Source of the DNA: Eledone cirrhosa
Lineage: Eukaryota
Direction of reading: 5' to 3'
Assembly (NCBI GenBank): GCA_964016885.1
Contig: OZ024746.1
Location: 93,682,001 to 93,746,000 of the forward strand
DNA length: 64,000 nt
Shown here piece after piece: positions 24,523 through 38,670 of the stretch (within the stretch, counting starts at the first letter, position 1; each line of letters opens with the position of its first letter). Both the position numbers and the translations under genes were made by a program. The notes under the pieces were generated by a model, which was given only the letters and a program-made list of their open reading frames with translations, ran no database searches and was not told where the DNA came from.

Positions 24523-25129
24523 TATATACATGTGTGTGTATATATATATATGAAACACAAATTTAAATTTTGAAGACCAAAACAATGTGTTATGAAGAAT
24601 GTTAAATTGCCAAGATAACAAAAGAATCTTACCTTAGCAAATTTAACGATCCCAAATATTTTCGGGTTTAAAAATTTAAACCCGAAACCATTATTTAAAT
24701 TTAAATTTCCTATTAAACAATGCTTCAAGCAAGCTACAAAACTCTGTTATATATATATATATATGGCGGGGGCTATGAAGGTACCCAGACAGACCCCATA
24801 TCTTGGGAACCCATTCACCGGTTTACGCGAAACTTGTTTTATTCCATTTGTATTCCCATTTCAGGGGCCGCTTCTTTCAAAGTATTTACCCATTATGCGC
24901 CCTTTTGGCTGTATTATATTACAGACAAGCAAGCAATCACAGAGTTGTAGTAGTATATAGATAGATAGTCATAGCTGTATGGCTAAGAACTTTGCTTTGA
25001 AGCCATTTGATCTTGAGTTCTGTCCCCTTACATGGCACCTTTTCTAAGTATTTTCTATTACAGTCTTATGCTGACCAATGCCTTGCAAGAGTATTTGGTA
25101 AATGGTAATTGTAATGTGTGTGTATAAAT

Positions 25130-27460
25130 GTATCACCACCACCATCACCACCAACACCACCACCACAATATCACTGCCACCACCACCACCATCACCACAT
25201 CAACACCAACAACACCACCACCATATCAACACCACCACCACAACACCATCAACACCACCACCACCACCACCACATCAACACCACCACCACAACATTACCA
25301 CCACCACCACCACCACCACACCATCAACACCACCACCACCACCACCATCACCACATCAACACCACCACCACCACATCATCAACACCACCACCACACCATC
25401 AACACCACCACCACCCCATCAACACCACCACTACCACCACATCAACACCAGCACCATATCAACACCACCACCACCCCATCAACACCACCACTACCACCAC
25501 ATCAACACCAGCACCATATCAACAAAACCACCACCACGTCATCAATACCGCCACAACCACCACCATCACCACCACCACCACATCAACACCACCACCACCA
25601 CCACCATATCAACAACACCACCACCATCACCACATCAACACTACCACCACCACCACCATATCAACAACACCACCACCACCACCATATCAACAACACCACC
25701 ACCACCACCATATCAACAACACCACCACCATCACCACATCAACACTACCACCACCACCACCATATCAACAACACCACCACCATATCAACAACACCACCAC
25801 CATATCAACAACACCACCACCACCACCATATCAACACCACCAGCACCACCACCACCACCACCACATCATCAACACCACCACCACCACCATATCAACAAAA
25901 CCACCACCACCACCACATCAACACTACCACCACCACCATATCAACAACACCACCACCACCACCACATCAACACTACCACCACCACCACATCATCAACACC
26001 ACCACCACCACCATATCAACAACACCACCACCACCACCACATCAACACTACCACCACCACCACATCATCAACACCACCACCACCACCATATCAACAACAC
26101 CACCATATCAACAAAACCACCACCACCACCACCACCACATCATCAACACCACCACCACCATATCAACAAAACCACCACCACCACCACCACCACATCATCA
26201 ACACCACCACCACCATATCAACAACACCACCACCACCACCACCACCACATCATCAACACCACCACCACCACCATATCAACAACACCACCATATCAACAAA
26301 ACCACCACCACCACCACCACCACATCATCAACACCACCACCACCATATCAACAACACCACCACCACCACCACCACCACATCAACACTACCACCACCACCA
26401 TATCAACAACACCACCACCACCACCACCACCACATCATCAACACCACCACCACCACCACCATATCAACACCACCAGCACCACCACCACCATATCAACACC
26501 ACCAGCACCACCACCACCATATCAACACCACCAGCACCACCATATCAACACCACCAGCACCACCACCACCATATCAACACCACCAGCACCACCACCACCA
26601 TATCAACACCACCACCACCATCACCACATCAACACCACCACCACCATATCAACAAAACCACCACTACCACCACCACCACATCATCAACACCACAATCACC
26701 ACCAGCGCAGCCCCTACATAACCCCTGTTCCCTCCCTCTCCTGCTCCCCCTCATTTCATTTCTCAGGAGATCAATAACCACCCCAACTTCCATCCAAAGT
26801 CCTAACAGACCAATTTATTCCAAACTTTCACAAAATCCCTCCTCTCTGCTTTTCATTTACCTAACAAGTATTTCATTCACTACCACCAGACAGGGGGCCC
26901 TCCCACCCCACACTCCACCCATTTCCTCACCACAAAACCCTTATTTTATCTGCACAGATGCTTTTCATTTCCTCAATTTGTTTGTTTGTTTTTCTATTAT
27001 TATTATTATTATTATTTCTTTTTTTTTTTTGGCTGTTGGCAGCTTCCAACAATTTATAGATCATCACCATCATCATCACCATCACCACTATCATCACCGT
27101 CATCATCATCACAGCTATCACCACCAACACCACCACCATCACCACCATCACCATCACCACCACCAACACCATCACCATCACCACCATCACCATCACCAAC
27201 ACCATCACCACCATCACCAACACCATCACCACCACCAACACCATCACCACCACCACCACCATCACCACCACCAACACCATCACCATCACCACCATCACCA
27301 TCACCAACACCATCACCACCACCAACACCATCACCATCACCACCATCACCATCACCACCACTAACACCATCACCACTATCACCATCACCATCACCAACAC
27401 CACCACCACCACCACCACCACTACTACCACCACCACCACCACCACCCACACCAATATCAC
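25130..27460. repeat. (CAC)n-based low-complexity tracts at 25130-26705 and 27060-27460
   Basis: Directly visible. Confidence 0.95.
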
Positions 27461-27904
27461 TGATGGTATTAACATTATCATCATTAACTTTGCTTTTCAT
27501 CCTTACGGGGTCGATAAAATAAAGTACCAGTAATGTACTGAGTAATTGCTGGCCTTGTGCCAAAAGTAGAAACAATTATTTACAGGGCAGTGGATTGGCA
27601 GTATCAGTAGAGGGTCAGATGCCATGCTTTGCAGCATAGTGTTACGGCCCTTTACAGTCTGAGTTCAATCCCGCTGAGGTTAACTTAGCTGTTCATATTT
27701 ACATATAGGGCATTTGATGATAGCTTGTGTTTGTTCTATATATATGTATATAGAGTTCGGATCAAGCTGTCAAAACAGCAGAAGCTCAGTCGTCGGGGTC
27801 CTGAATCTCTTCATATTACCCACTCTACTACCCCAAGTATCAAGTATTCTCGTTGGTTATGGTCCGACTGATATTTTACCACACCCTATCTGATATATAC
27901 AGTA

Positions 27905-28082
27905 TCATCATCATCATCATTTCAATTTACGTCCACTTTTCCCTGCTTGCAAGGGTGGGACGGGAACTGCTTCTGGCTTGATTTCTACAGCTGGATGCCC
28001 TTCCTAACACCAACCTCATTTACAGTGAGTGCTGGGTGCTTTTTTGCCGTGGGACCTCCACGACCACTTTACAGTGTGGGCT
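27905..28082 (-). mobile_element. SINE A 3' half
   Basis: Reverse complement of about 265-445. Confidence 0.85.
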
Positions 28083-28360
28083 TCATTTTTTCAGCTTTTT
28101 AGGGCTTTTTTGAGGCTTACGTCTAGCCGATTTTCCCGAAATTTCAAGGCATATTATGCACATAAAAAAAATTTATTTTCTTGATCCCCTGCATTTTTCC
28201 TGCTTTATCAAGGAAAACCTTAAAGATTATCCAGCCATCAGAGTATTCGGTTTATTTTCTTTACGTATTGTCCAGGCATGCAGTTTTTCCACGATTAGGT
28301 CTGTTGGGTGCCCGTGTTCCAAAATACCTTATCCCGTGCAATGCCGGGTACCACTGCTAG
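28083..28360 (+). mobile_element. Helitron 3' terminal fragment
   Basis: cccgtgcaatgccggg hairpin (28333-28348) followed by ...CTAG|T at 28357-28361; 5' boundary uncertain. Confidence 0.7.
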
Positions 28361-29568
28361 TTACATATAAATTAACGATTTTATTTATTATATATTATTT
28401 ACAATTTTTGTGTATAGGAAGGTCTCTCTGGAAATAGGGTTGAGGGTCACTGAGGGTATTATGTGGCCGTGAGGGGGGGGGGGGGAGTTTGAGAACCTTT
28501 AATGTATATAAATAATGAAAAAGTTAGTTATATTACTAAATCACTTCAAATTTTTGATTATTTTCAAAATATTTAGAAATCCATAGGCAGTGTCTTTCAT
28601 TAAAAATATGGTAACAAAATGGTTAATACGGCCACCATCATCATCCACAACACTATCACCAGAGTAGTTATTATTAGTCCCACCACCACTACCACTACTA
28701 GAATTACCATCATCATGAAGATGACTATCATCATCATCATCGTATGCCTACTTTTCTATACTGTTATGGATTGAACGAGTAGTTACAGTTCCAGTCAGTT
28801 TATATTTGACTAGCTAGATGGGTCAAAGATGTCTTAACTTAAACCCTAGGCGGATATAATGGAGGTGTGTGGGGGGTGGGGGGGGGGGCAAAGGGAGCAA
28901 TTGTTCCCCCCCCCCTGCAGGGGACCCCACTGACAACAGCCATAGTAATTTATTTACTGTGCTCTCTGATGTGCTGTTTAGTTTTAAGATGTAAATGTGG
29001 TTGGTGTTAGGAAGGGCATCCAGCCGTAGAAAACCTGCCAGATAGTCCTCTATGAGCGAGACACGGTCACCCGACCAGCTTTGCCTCAAGTGGGACAACT
29101 CCCGTCTAACCCATGCTAGCGTGGAAGATGGACGTTAAACGAAGATGATGATGTTTAGATTTTCTTTTTATCTAATACCTGTATCTAATACCTGTATCTA
29201 TAACCTGTATGCCAACCTAACTTTGATATGTAAAATTGGGGATTTGCTGTGTATTCTAATTTTTTGTGTATGCACACCACCACAAAAAAAAAAAATTAAG
29301 TGACCCAGGCGTCTCAAGGTCTAAATCCAGTCCTACTTATATCTTTCATTTTTCAAATGGTTTCTATGAGTGGATGCTCTTCGTAACACCAGCCACTTTA
29401 TAGAGTGTACTGGGTGTATTTTATTGTGACACCAGTACAAAACAGATTGTTTCCTCTCATTTTTAGCAGTCAGAGAGTGTAAAAATCTTATGTTGATCAA
29501 ATTATTTTCTATGACAAAAGTACGTGTGTAGCAAATGCATAATATATGTAATTATTAATTACTTCATT

Positions 29569-29750
29569 GTGGATTGGCAGTATCGGTAGAGGGTCGGACG
29601 CCATGCTTTGCAGCAAAGAGTTACGGCCCTTTATGGTCTGAGTTCAAATCCCGCCGAGGTTAACTTTGCCTTTCATCCTTACGGGGTAGATAAAATAAAG
29701 TACCAGTAATGCACTGGGTTATTGCTGGCCTTGTGCCTAAAGTAGAAACA
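29569..29750 (+). mobile_element. SINE family B with 15-bp target-site duplication
   Basis: attaattacttcatt at 29554-29568 and 29751-29765; A box 29575-29586, B box 29640-29651. Confidence 0.92.
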
Positions 29751-29823
29751 ATTAATTACTTCATTAATTAAAACAACTAACCTTTTGTGCACACATTAAT
29801 TTCTTTAGTGCGCTAGTTGTAAA

Positions 29824-30340
29824 ATGTGTGTGGATGTGTGTGGATGTGTGTGGAAGTGTGTGAAAGTGTGTGGATGTGTGTGGATGTGTGTGAAAGTGTG
29901 TGGATGTGTGTGGAAGTGTGTGGATGTGTGTGGATGTGTGTGGAAGTGTGTGAAAGTGTGTGGATGTGTGTGGATGTGTGTGGATGTGTGTGGAAGTGTG
30001 TGGAAGTGTGTGGAAGTGTGTGGATGTGTGTGGATGTGTGTGGAAGTGTGTGTATGTGTGTGGAAGTGTATGGATGTGTGTGGAAATGTGTGGAAGTGTG
30101 TGGATGTGTGTGGAAGTGTGTGGATGTGTGTGTAAGTGTGTGGAAGTGTGTGGATGTGTGTGGATGTGTGTGGAAGTGTGTGGATGTATGTGGAAGTGTG
30201 TGGAAGTGTGTGGATGTGTGTGGAAGTGTGTGGAAGTGTGTGGATGTGTGTGGAAATGTGTGGAAGTGTGTGGAAGTGTGTGGATGTGTGTGGAAGTGTG
30301 TGGATGTGTGTGGAAGTGTGTGGAAGTGTGTGGATGTGTG
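29824..30340. repeat. 10-bp minisatellite (tggaWgtgtg)n
   Basis: Directly visible. Confidence 0.95.
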
Positions 30341-30593
30341 GTTATATGCACAGTTTAGCAGAAACACTGTTGCACAGTATCTTGAGCAAGTAATTCTAAT
30401 ATAGTGTTGGATTGACTTGAGTCTTCTGAATTAAATTGTGTAAAGAGAGGCTGTGAAGAACCTTGTTAAATGTATCCTCCTAGTCTTCTTCTGCCTCCTC
30501 TTCATCACCATCACCATCATCATCATCATCACCATCATCACCATCATCATCATCATCATCATCATCACCACCATCATCATCATCATCACCATC

Positions 30594-30624
<31 letters not shown>

Positions 30625-31467
30625 TCATCATCACCATCATCATTGTCGTTTTAACATCCGCTTTCCCTGCTAGCAAGGGTTGGACAGGTCTACATAGACC
30701 AAGTCAGTACTGTAGCAGAGCCACTGATCTCCCAGGTAGGCCAGGGATCTGTGGCTCACTTTATGTACGGTTAAGGCTTCACCGAGTGCACAGGTGAGGT
30801 TGTCATGTCTTTGACACAACTGAGGGTCCTCCCGACCCTTTTGTTTGGCAAGACTGCTAAGGCTGGATGCCCTTTCTATTGCCAACCACAGCGTGTACTG
30901 GGTGCGTTTATCGTGTAGATCACCAAACACTAGGGAGGCTGTCATGCCCTTGATACAACTGAAGGGTCTTCACAGCCCTTTGTTTGTTTATCCCCCCACA
31001 GCTGTATGCCCTTCCCATCACCAACTGCTTCACGTGAGGGGGAGCAACTGTTAGGAATTGGGTGGGGGGCGATGCATAGTGGGGTTGAAGCAATGATGTT
31101 GAAGATAACTGTTGGGAAGTGCTAGGGAGGGGCATGTTTGCTTTTTGTAGTATGGTGCTAAATTTCACCCCATAACACCTACATTATGACTATGTAAAAA
31201 AAATAGTATATTCACAAGTTTAAAATGTGTCTCAAAAAGTTCTTCCATGCTTGATTGGTTTGATAAGGGCTGGAGATTATCCCTGTTTCATAAAGTGTTA
31301 AGCAACTGAGAATACTATAGTCTTCCTCATGGATAGGATGCCAGTCCATTGTAGATTGTAATTAATCCCCAGTTGCTACTGCAGTTGCACATTTTCAGCA
31401 ACATGAAGTAAAATTCTTTGCTCAAGGAAACAACACACCACTCGCTCTAAGAGTTAAAGTCACCACC

Positions 31468-31690
31468 TTAACCCTTTAGCATTCACATTACTCTATATAT
31501 ACTATTGTATTTTCACAGTAAAGGTTTTATCTTACATAATTATCTCACATAATATCGAATCTATGAGATTTTGATATTATTTATTTTGAGAACAATACCT
31601 TAACATCAGTATAAGCGGCCGGTTTCAACTAGTTTGACCAGAAAGAAGTGAGACATTTCTGGCCAGATATGGCCGGTTTGAATGCTAAAT
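31468..31690. mobile_element. TTAA MITE family C inside a degraded SINE head
   Basis: ttaaccctttagcatt start; body matches the other C copies. Confidence 0.7.
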
Positions 31691-31766
31691 TCCGAAGCCC
31701 AACATTCTAACCACTAAGCCATATGTAACAACTGCCAGATATTACAGTTACTTGACTGTAATAATA

Positions 31767-31856
31767 GTTTCTACTTTTGGCACAAGGCCAGCAATTACCC
31801 CAGTGTATTACTGGTACTTTATTTTATTGACCCCGTAAGGGAGAAAGGCAAAGTTA
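31767..31856 (-). mobile_element. 5'-truncated SINE B with 17-bp TSD
   Basis: acttgactgtaataata at 31750-31766 and 31857-31873. Confidence 0.85.
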
Positions 31857-32149
31857 ACTTGACTGTAATAATATGGTTTAAACATAAAAAAACCTCTGGA
31901 CTGGAGCTCATCAATACTTTCAATATTGATGTTTTCTCCTCATAAGATCAATAACATTGGAAATATAAAAAAATAACTAATAATTGTTTCTACATTTGAT
32001 ACAAGGTCAGTAATTTGAAGGGAAGAGAAAAGTTGATTAAATCAACCCCAGTGCATAACTGGTACTTTATTTTATTAATCCTGTAAGGATGGAAGGCAAA
32101 GCTATAACCTCGGCAGGATTTGATCTCAGAATGTAAAGGGACATAACTC

Positions 32150-32700
32150 TGTGGTGGTGGTGGTGGTGGTGATATAATGATGGTGATGGTGTTGGTGGTG
32201 GTGGTGGTGATATGATGATGATGGTGTTGGTGGTGATGATGGTGATGATAATGGTGGCGATGGTGATATGATGATGGTGATGGTGTTGGTGGTGGTGGTA
32301 TGATGATGATCGTGTTGGTGTTGGTGGTGGTGATGATGGTGATGATAATGGTGGCGATGGTGGTGGTGGTGGTATGATGATGGTGGTGTTGGTGGTGGCA
32401 GTATAATGATGATGGTGTTGGTGGTGGTGGTGATGATAATGGTGGTGGTGGTGGTGGTGGTGGTGGTATGATGATGATGGTGTTGGTGTTGGTGGTGGTG
32501 GTATGATGATGATGGTGTTGGTGTCGATGGTGATGGTGTTGGTGGTGGTGGTATGATGGTGTTGGTGGTGGTGGTATGATGGTGTTGGTGTTGGTGGTGA
32601 TGGTGATGATGTTGGTGGTGATGGTGATGAGGGTGTTGTTGGTGATGATGATGATGATGATGATGATGAGGGTGTTGTTGTTGATGATGATGATGACAAC
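32150..32700. repeat. (GGT/GAT)n low-complexity tract
   Basis: Directly visible. Confidence 0.95.
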
Positions 32701-32961
32701 AATGACAATAACAGTGTTGATGAATCCCACCTTGTACGACCATCTACAGTATTAAGATGTCCTTTGACAACATCAGAGGACGACTATATCAACATCAACG
32801 TCTGTTGGAGACAAAACACACTCCATTCTCCATTTACTACACTTAAACACTAGAAATACTCACACAATTCTCAAACTCTCTTAATGGGACTCTCATTTCT
32901 TTACATGTCTTTACTATTTTCCTAATTCCTTGCATATGTCTTATAAAGCTCTGAAGATATG

Positions 32962-33420
32962 CATGTATGTCAGCAACTGTGTGTGTATGTGTTTATATGT
33001 CAGCAACTGTGTGTGTATGTGTTTATATGTCAGCAACTATGTGTGTATGTGTTTATGTGTGTGTGTGTGTGTATGTGTTTATATGTCAGCAACTATGTGT
33101 GTATGTGTTTATATGTCAGCAACTATGTGTGTATGTGTTTATATGTCAGCAACTATGTGTGTATGTGTTTATATGTCAGCAACTATGTGTGTATGTGTTT
33201 ATATATGTGTGTGTGTATGTGTTTATATGTGTGTGTATGTGTTTATATGTGTGTTTGTGTATGTGTTTATATATGTGTGTGTGTATGTGTTTATATGTGT
33301 GTGTATGTGTTTATATGTGTGTTTGTGTGTGTGTGAATGTATTAGTGTATGTGTTTATGTGTGTGTTTGTTTATATGTGTATTTGTGTGTATGTCAGTGT
33401 ATATGGTGGTGTATGTTAGT
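32962..33420. repeat. 30-bp minisatellite grading into (TG/TA)n
   Basis: Unit atgtcagcaactatgtgtgtatgtgtttat. Confidence 0.9.
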
Positions 33421-33518
33421 TCATGTGTTTTAGTGTAAATGTTTGTGTCACAAGCTGAAAAATGTTGGCGTAACATTTAGTGTTAATGTGTGTTCATGAA
33501 TGTGTTATCTCTCTCTCT

Positions 33519-33571
<53 letters not shown>

Positions 33572-33611
33572 TTCAAAATATTAACAAAATAGATATTCTT
33601 GTGATCAAGTA

Positions 33612-33678
33612 TATTTTATTATACATATTTCAGAGGTACTGAGTTAAGTTCAACAGTACGTCCTCATCAGATAAAATA
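33612..33678 (-). ncRNA. Minimal hammerhead-like motif, same family as 63415-63475
   Basis: CUGAUGA GGAC-GUACUG...CAGUAC-CUCU GAAA UAUG UA. Confidence 0.55.
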
Positions 33679-33827
33679 AGATGATGCATGACATACCCTG
33701 ACATAGTAGATGGTTAAGATTCAGTCATGGTAGTATTAATAACTCTGGAAAACCTTTTTTTGCTGAGTGCTTCCAATCTATTGTAAAACTCATTCTTTGA
33801 TGTATTCATTGAACCTTATTTAACTTT

Positions 33828-33884
<57 letters not shown>

Positions 33885-33889
<5 letters not shown>

Positions 33890-34050
33890 AAAGGTAAACA
33901 GAAATAACAAAAGAAGCAGGCACAGTACATGAAAGAAATATATTAGTTTAACACTTGAAATAGCCAGAAGAGAGTCTTAACGTTTCAGAGACTTGTCCTT
34001 CATCAAAAGATAGAGTTAGAAATAGAAGATAAATAGAAAGTAAAGAATGA
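33885..34050 (-). mobile_element. Penelope-like remnant with mutated hammerhead core (UUGAUGA)
   Basis: Homologous to 7405-7562. Confidence 0.6.
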
Positions 34051-34114
34051 TAAGAGGAAGCAATGGAGAAAAAAAAATCAGAGAAAAAAAAACACACGTG
34101 TGTATTCAGTCAGC

Positions 34115-34196
<82 letters not shown>

Positions 34197-35144
34197 ACAA
34201 GCTGAAAATTGCTGGTATAACAGGAAAGTTTGGGAATTTGCAAAGTTCAAAATAAAATGGTGGGATTGAACAGAACCCTATATGTAAAGTCTTTGGTAAC
34301 AAATGGAGCATCTTTATACATTGTTCTGGGTCCCTCTTTGTTGTCAAACAAAGACAAAAACAACCAGGTTCAGCAGCTATCATCCTCATCATGTAACATC
34401 TGTTTTCCCTGATAGCAAGGGTTAGATGGGTGGCCACAGACTAAAGTCATTACTTAATTGGGGTCACTGATCCCTCAGATTGACTGAGGGCCACAACTTG
34501 CTTACCCGCACTTTACAGAATGTACTGGGAGCATTTTATCATTTTATCATGGTACCAACACTAATGAGGTTGTCAAGTTTTTGACACAGCTGAAGAATAC
34601 TCTCAATTCTTTGTTTGGCAGGTTTTCTATGGCTGGATACCAAACCACTTTACAGAGTGTACATGGAGCATTTTATAGTGGCACAGCACTAAGGAGGTCA
34701 CTGTGCCCTTGATAACACTAAGCTACTACAACATATCAAGATAAACAAAGATATCTGTACATTTCAACAAAACCTAAATGTCATATACAACTGAGTGAAT
34801 GATAATAACATGTCACTGACGCATGGTTGTACTATTTATAAGGCTAACTAGACAAAAGCCCAGTGACCCCTGCAGAGACTAGGGTCCTATTAATTGCTTT
34901 TTTTGAGGCTCAGTTACTTGTACTCTAGGGTTCCAGTGGTGAAAATATTTTGCACTCTATGTTATCCTTTTTTGTTTCTTCTTTTTTTTTAAAGTTTATA
35001 ATGTCTTGAATGCATATTTCCTTTGCTATTTATGACAGATGTTAGGTTGCAAATTGAGGGAAATTTGACTGCTATTTCTTGCAGGTCGAGGGACCACATA
35101 GAAAACTTCCCCTCTTTCACTGGTTAGCTGGCTTATTCTAGTTA

Positions 35145-35525
35145 ATGGGGTGATGTGGTGAAGTTAACCTCCCTCCCCTGGTTGACTGGGGTGGGGTGAT
35201 GTGGTGAGGTGAACACCCCCTCCCCTGGCTGGTTGGAATATTCTTGTCTGTGGGGTGATGTGGTGAGGTGAACACCCCCTCCCCTGGCTAGTTGGAATAT
35301 TCTTGTCTGTGGGGTGATGTGGTGAAGTGAACACCCCTCCCCTGGCTGGATGGAATATTCTAGTTTGTGGGGTGATGTGGTGAAGTGAACACCCCTCCTC
35401 TAGCTTGTTGGAATATTCTAGTCTGTGGGGTGATGTGGTGAAGTGGACACCCCTTCTCTGGCTGGTTGGAATATTCTAATTTGTGGGGTGAGGTGATGAA
35501 ATGACCCCCACTCCCTTTGGTTGAC
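35145..35525. repeat. ~59-bp minisatellite, ~6-7 units
   Basis: Recurrent ggggtgatgtggtgaRgtgaacacccctcccctggct..ttggaatattct. Confidence 0.9.
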
Positions 35526-35789
35526 TCCATAGATGAATTATTCTAGTGACTTATTAAAGTGAGGTGATGCAGTTTTTTTTATGAAAAGGACAAAGTACTA
35601 TTTCTTTCTCACTAAAACATTAAACATATGTTGGTTTATCAATGTTGTATCTCTATATCCAGACATCTAGCTACCTCTCTCTCTCTATCTATATAAACCT
35701 GTATGTTGAAGAAGAGAGTAAAAGGAAGAAAGGAGCACTTGCACAACACGCTCCTGGAGTTGAGGGTTGTTCTATCTACAGGGTATTAA

Positions 35790-36203
35790 CCCTTTAGCAT
35801 TCCCATTACTCTATATATACTATTATATTTTCATGGTAAAGGCTTTACCTCACATAATTATCTCACATAACATTCCCATTACTCTATATATATACCATTA
35901 TATTTGTTGACTTTGCCTTTCATCCTTACGGGGTCGATAAAATAAAGTACCAGTAATGCACTGGGTAATGCTGGCCTTGTGCCTAAAGTAGAAACAATTA
36001 TATTTTCATGGTAAAGGCTTTATCTCGCATAATTATCTCACATAACATTCACATTACTCTATATATATTATTGTATTTTCATGGTAAAGGCTTTATTTTG
36101 AGAACAATACCTTAACATCAATTTGAGCGACCAGTTACAGCCAGTTTCAACAGAAAGAGGTAGAGAATTCTGGTCGATTTTAGCCGGTTTGAACATTAAA
36201 GGG
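35790..36203. mobile_element. piggyBac-type MITE C with TTAA TSD, containing a SINE B fragment
   Basis: TTAA|CCCTTTA...TAAAGGG|TTAA; empty site with a single TTAA at 23087-23090. Confidence 0.9.
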
Positions 36204-37284
36204 TTAAACAACCCATTTGTAACGCCTCCCCCCTATTGGGGATTTCAATTGTTAAATTTGTTTGTTTTAATAATATTTTTACACAACTGTATGTAAAATC
36301 CCTGGCATGTGTCTTCGTATTGTTCTCTCTTCTTGTGCGCCCTTGTGGCAAATAAAGAAATATATCTATCTCCCCCCCCCCTCTTTCTCCCCCCTCTCTC
36401 TCTGCTTTCTCTATCCTTTCTCTATCCTTTCTCTATTTCTCTATCTATTCTCTCTCTCTCTCTCTCTCTCTCTCTAACCCTCTTTCTTTCCTCTTTTGCT
36501 CTCCCTCCTCTCTCTCTCTCTGTCTCACTCTCTCCCTGCCCCTCTTCTTCTCCCCACTTTCCCTCCCCACTCTCTACCCCCCTTCGCCCCTCTCTCTCTC
36601 ACTCATCATTTTCCCTATCTTTTATCTCTATAAATCATTATATATTGTTGCTAGTCAGTCGGTACAAAATATCATATTTGTATAAGTTTTTCTGGAAAGT
36701 CAGAAAAATATGAATTTCAAATCAAGTTTTATTTTTCTTGTTTCTCTTAATTTTCTTTGTCCCATATTTTTTGTAGTAATTTTGGATGAAATTTCACATT
36801 GATAAAACCATAATTGTACAGACCTTATGATTAGGATCAATCCAGCTGTGACCCTTCATCATTATCACTACTAGGGCAGTAGATTGGCAGCATTGGTAGA
36901 GTTGTGGCCCTTTACGTTCTGAGTTCAAATCCTGCTGAGGTTAACTTTGCCTTTCATCCTTACGGGGTCGATAAATAAAGCACCAGTATTGCACTGGGGT
37001 CAATTCAATCGATTTTCCCCACCCCTTCAAATTGCCTATAGTAGAAACAATTATAATCACTACTACCATCATTTTATGTCCACTTTTCATAGTGGCACCA
37101 AGCTGATTTTTTTTATTTAGAGCTGCTTCTCACCTAGACAGATAAGCAGGCCATGTAACTCTTCTATGTTCCTCCAAATTTTAACATTATTTCTACAGCT
37201 GGATGCCCCGTCTAACATCAACTACTTTACAGAGTGCTTTTTTAAAGGCCCCCATCAGTCACTAATGATCATAGTTTTGCACCT

Positions 37285-37580
37285 AGAAAGTTCCTCTCTG
37301 AGGCACAAGTTCAGGCAAGGTTGTTTATGGAAGACCAGCAGTCACCCATACATACCAGTCTCCCCTCTCCACGCTGCCGATGTTGTCCAAGAGAAAGGCA
37401 ATGGCTGATACAGCTTGACACCAGTGACGTCGCAACTCATTTCTACAGTTGCATGAATTGGAGCAACATGAAATAAAGTGTCTTGTTCAAGGAGATAATG
37501 CATCACCTGGTCTGAGAATCAAACTCACAACCTCTCAATTGCAAGCCCCATACTCTAACTACTAAGCCATGCACCTTCAC
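37285..37580 (-). mobile_element. tRNA-derived SINE (third family); second copy at 62745-63055 (+)
   Basis: A/B boxes and shared body 'ggagaggggagactggtatg...aaacaaccttgcc'. Confidence 0.8.
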
Positions 37581-38639
37581 ACAGAGTGTATTGGGTGCAT
37601 TTTAACATGGACTCTAATTTTCTGTTTCGTTTTTGTTTTCTGTACATCTAAAACTGGCCTGTTGTGTTCATCAGCAAAACACTTCACTTCATATTGCTTC
37701 GGTCTACTCAGCTGAAAAAAGCATCAACAATAAAGGAGACTTAGTAAAACGTGTGTCTAAAACTCTCCATCTTAAATTAATATAAGAAACTTTGTTAAAT
37801 TATTTTAGTTCTTTTTGCCACTTAACCATAAACTCTACAAAATACTTCAACAATGCTGGTATAGTTACTGCCTCCATCTCTCTCTCTCTCCATCTCTCAC
37901 TATTATAAGCAAACGGGGGCCCAGGCGCTGACTGCCCTGTGGCCCGGGCGGACAGAATAGAGAAGGTGTTTCCCCAGAGGATGGTGTTGGAAGAGCCATT
38001 TGAAAATAAAGTTGGGTACAATATATTCTCACCAATTTGCTGTCATACAGCAGTGGCATCAAAAAATGAGCAAAATAAGATATTCTTTAGATTATTTGCC
38101 AAATTCAATTGATTTTAATCTTTAGAAAATTCCAAGGTGTATTTGATAGTATACTCATTGAAAAGAATTCAATAAGAAGTTTGTCAGAAACAGTGTCCCT
38201 TGTTGACACCTCTAGAAACCAATACTACAATCACTTTTGAGACAGATTGTTGGATGAAAAATTCCAAGAAATTTGCAGTGGAAAGAAGCTACATCATCAT
38301 CATCCTCATCATCATCATCGTTTAACATCCATCTTCTACACTAGCATGGGTTAGACGGGTTTGTCCTATTTAGAGGCAAGTTGGGTCGGGTGACTGTGTC
38401 TCGCTCATATATGACAGTTTCTGGCTGGTATTCTATGGCTGGATTCCCTTCTTCGCGCCAACCACTTTACAGTGTGGGCTGGGTGCTTTTTGTTGTGACA
38501 CCTACTTGACCACTTACAGAGTGGGCTGGATGTTTTGTGGTACCAACATATCATACACACATATATATATATATCATCATTATCATATTCATATATATAT
38601 ATATATATATACACATACATATCATGATAATGATATGTA

Positions 38640-38670
<31 letters not shown>

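Noticed and set aside
25102-27364. His/Pro/Thr-rich ORFs up to 748 aa
   Set aside because: Low-complexity DNA open in three frames; no domain or splice evidence
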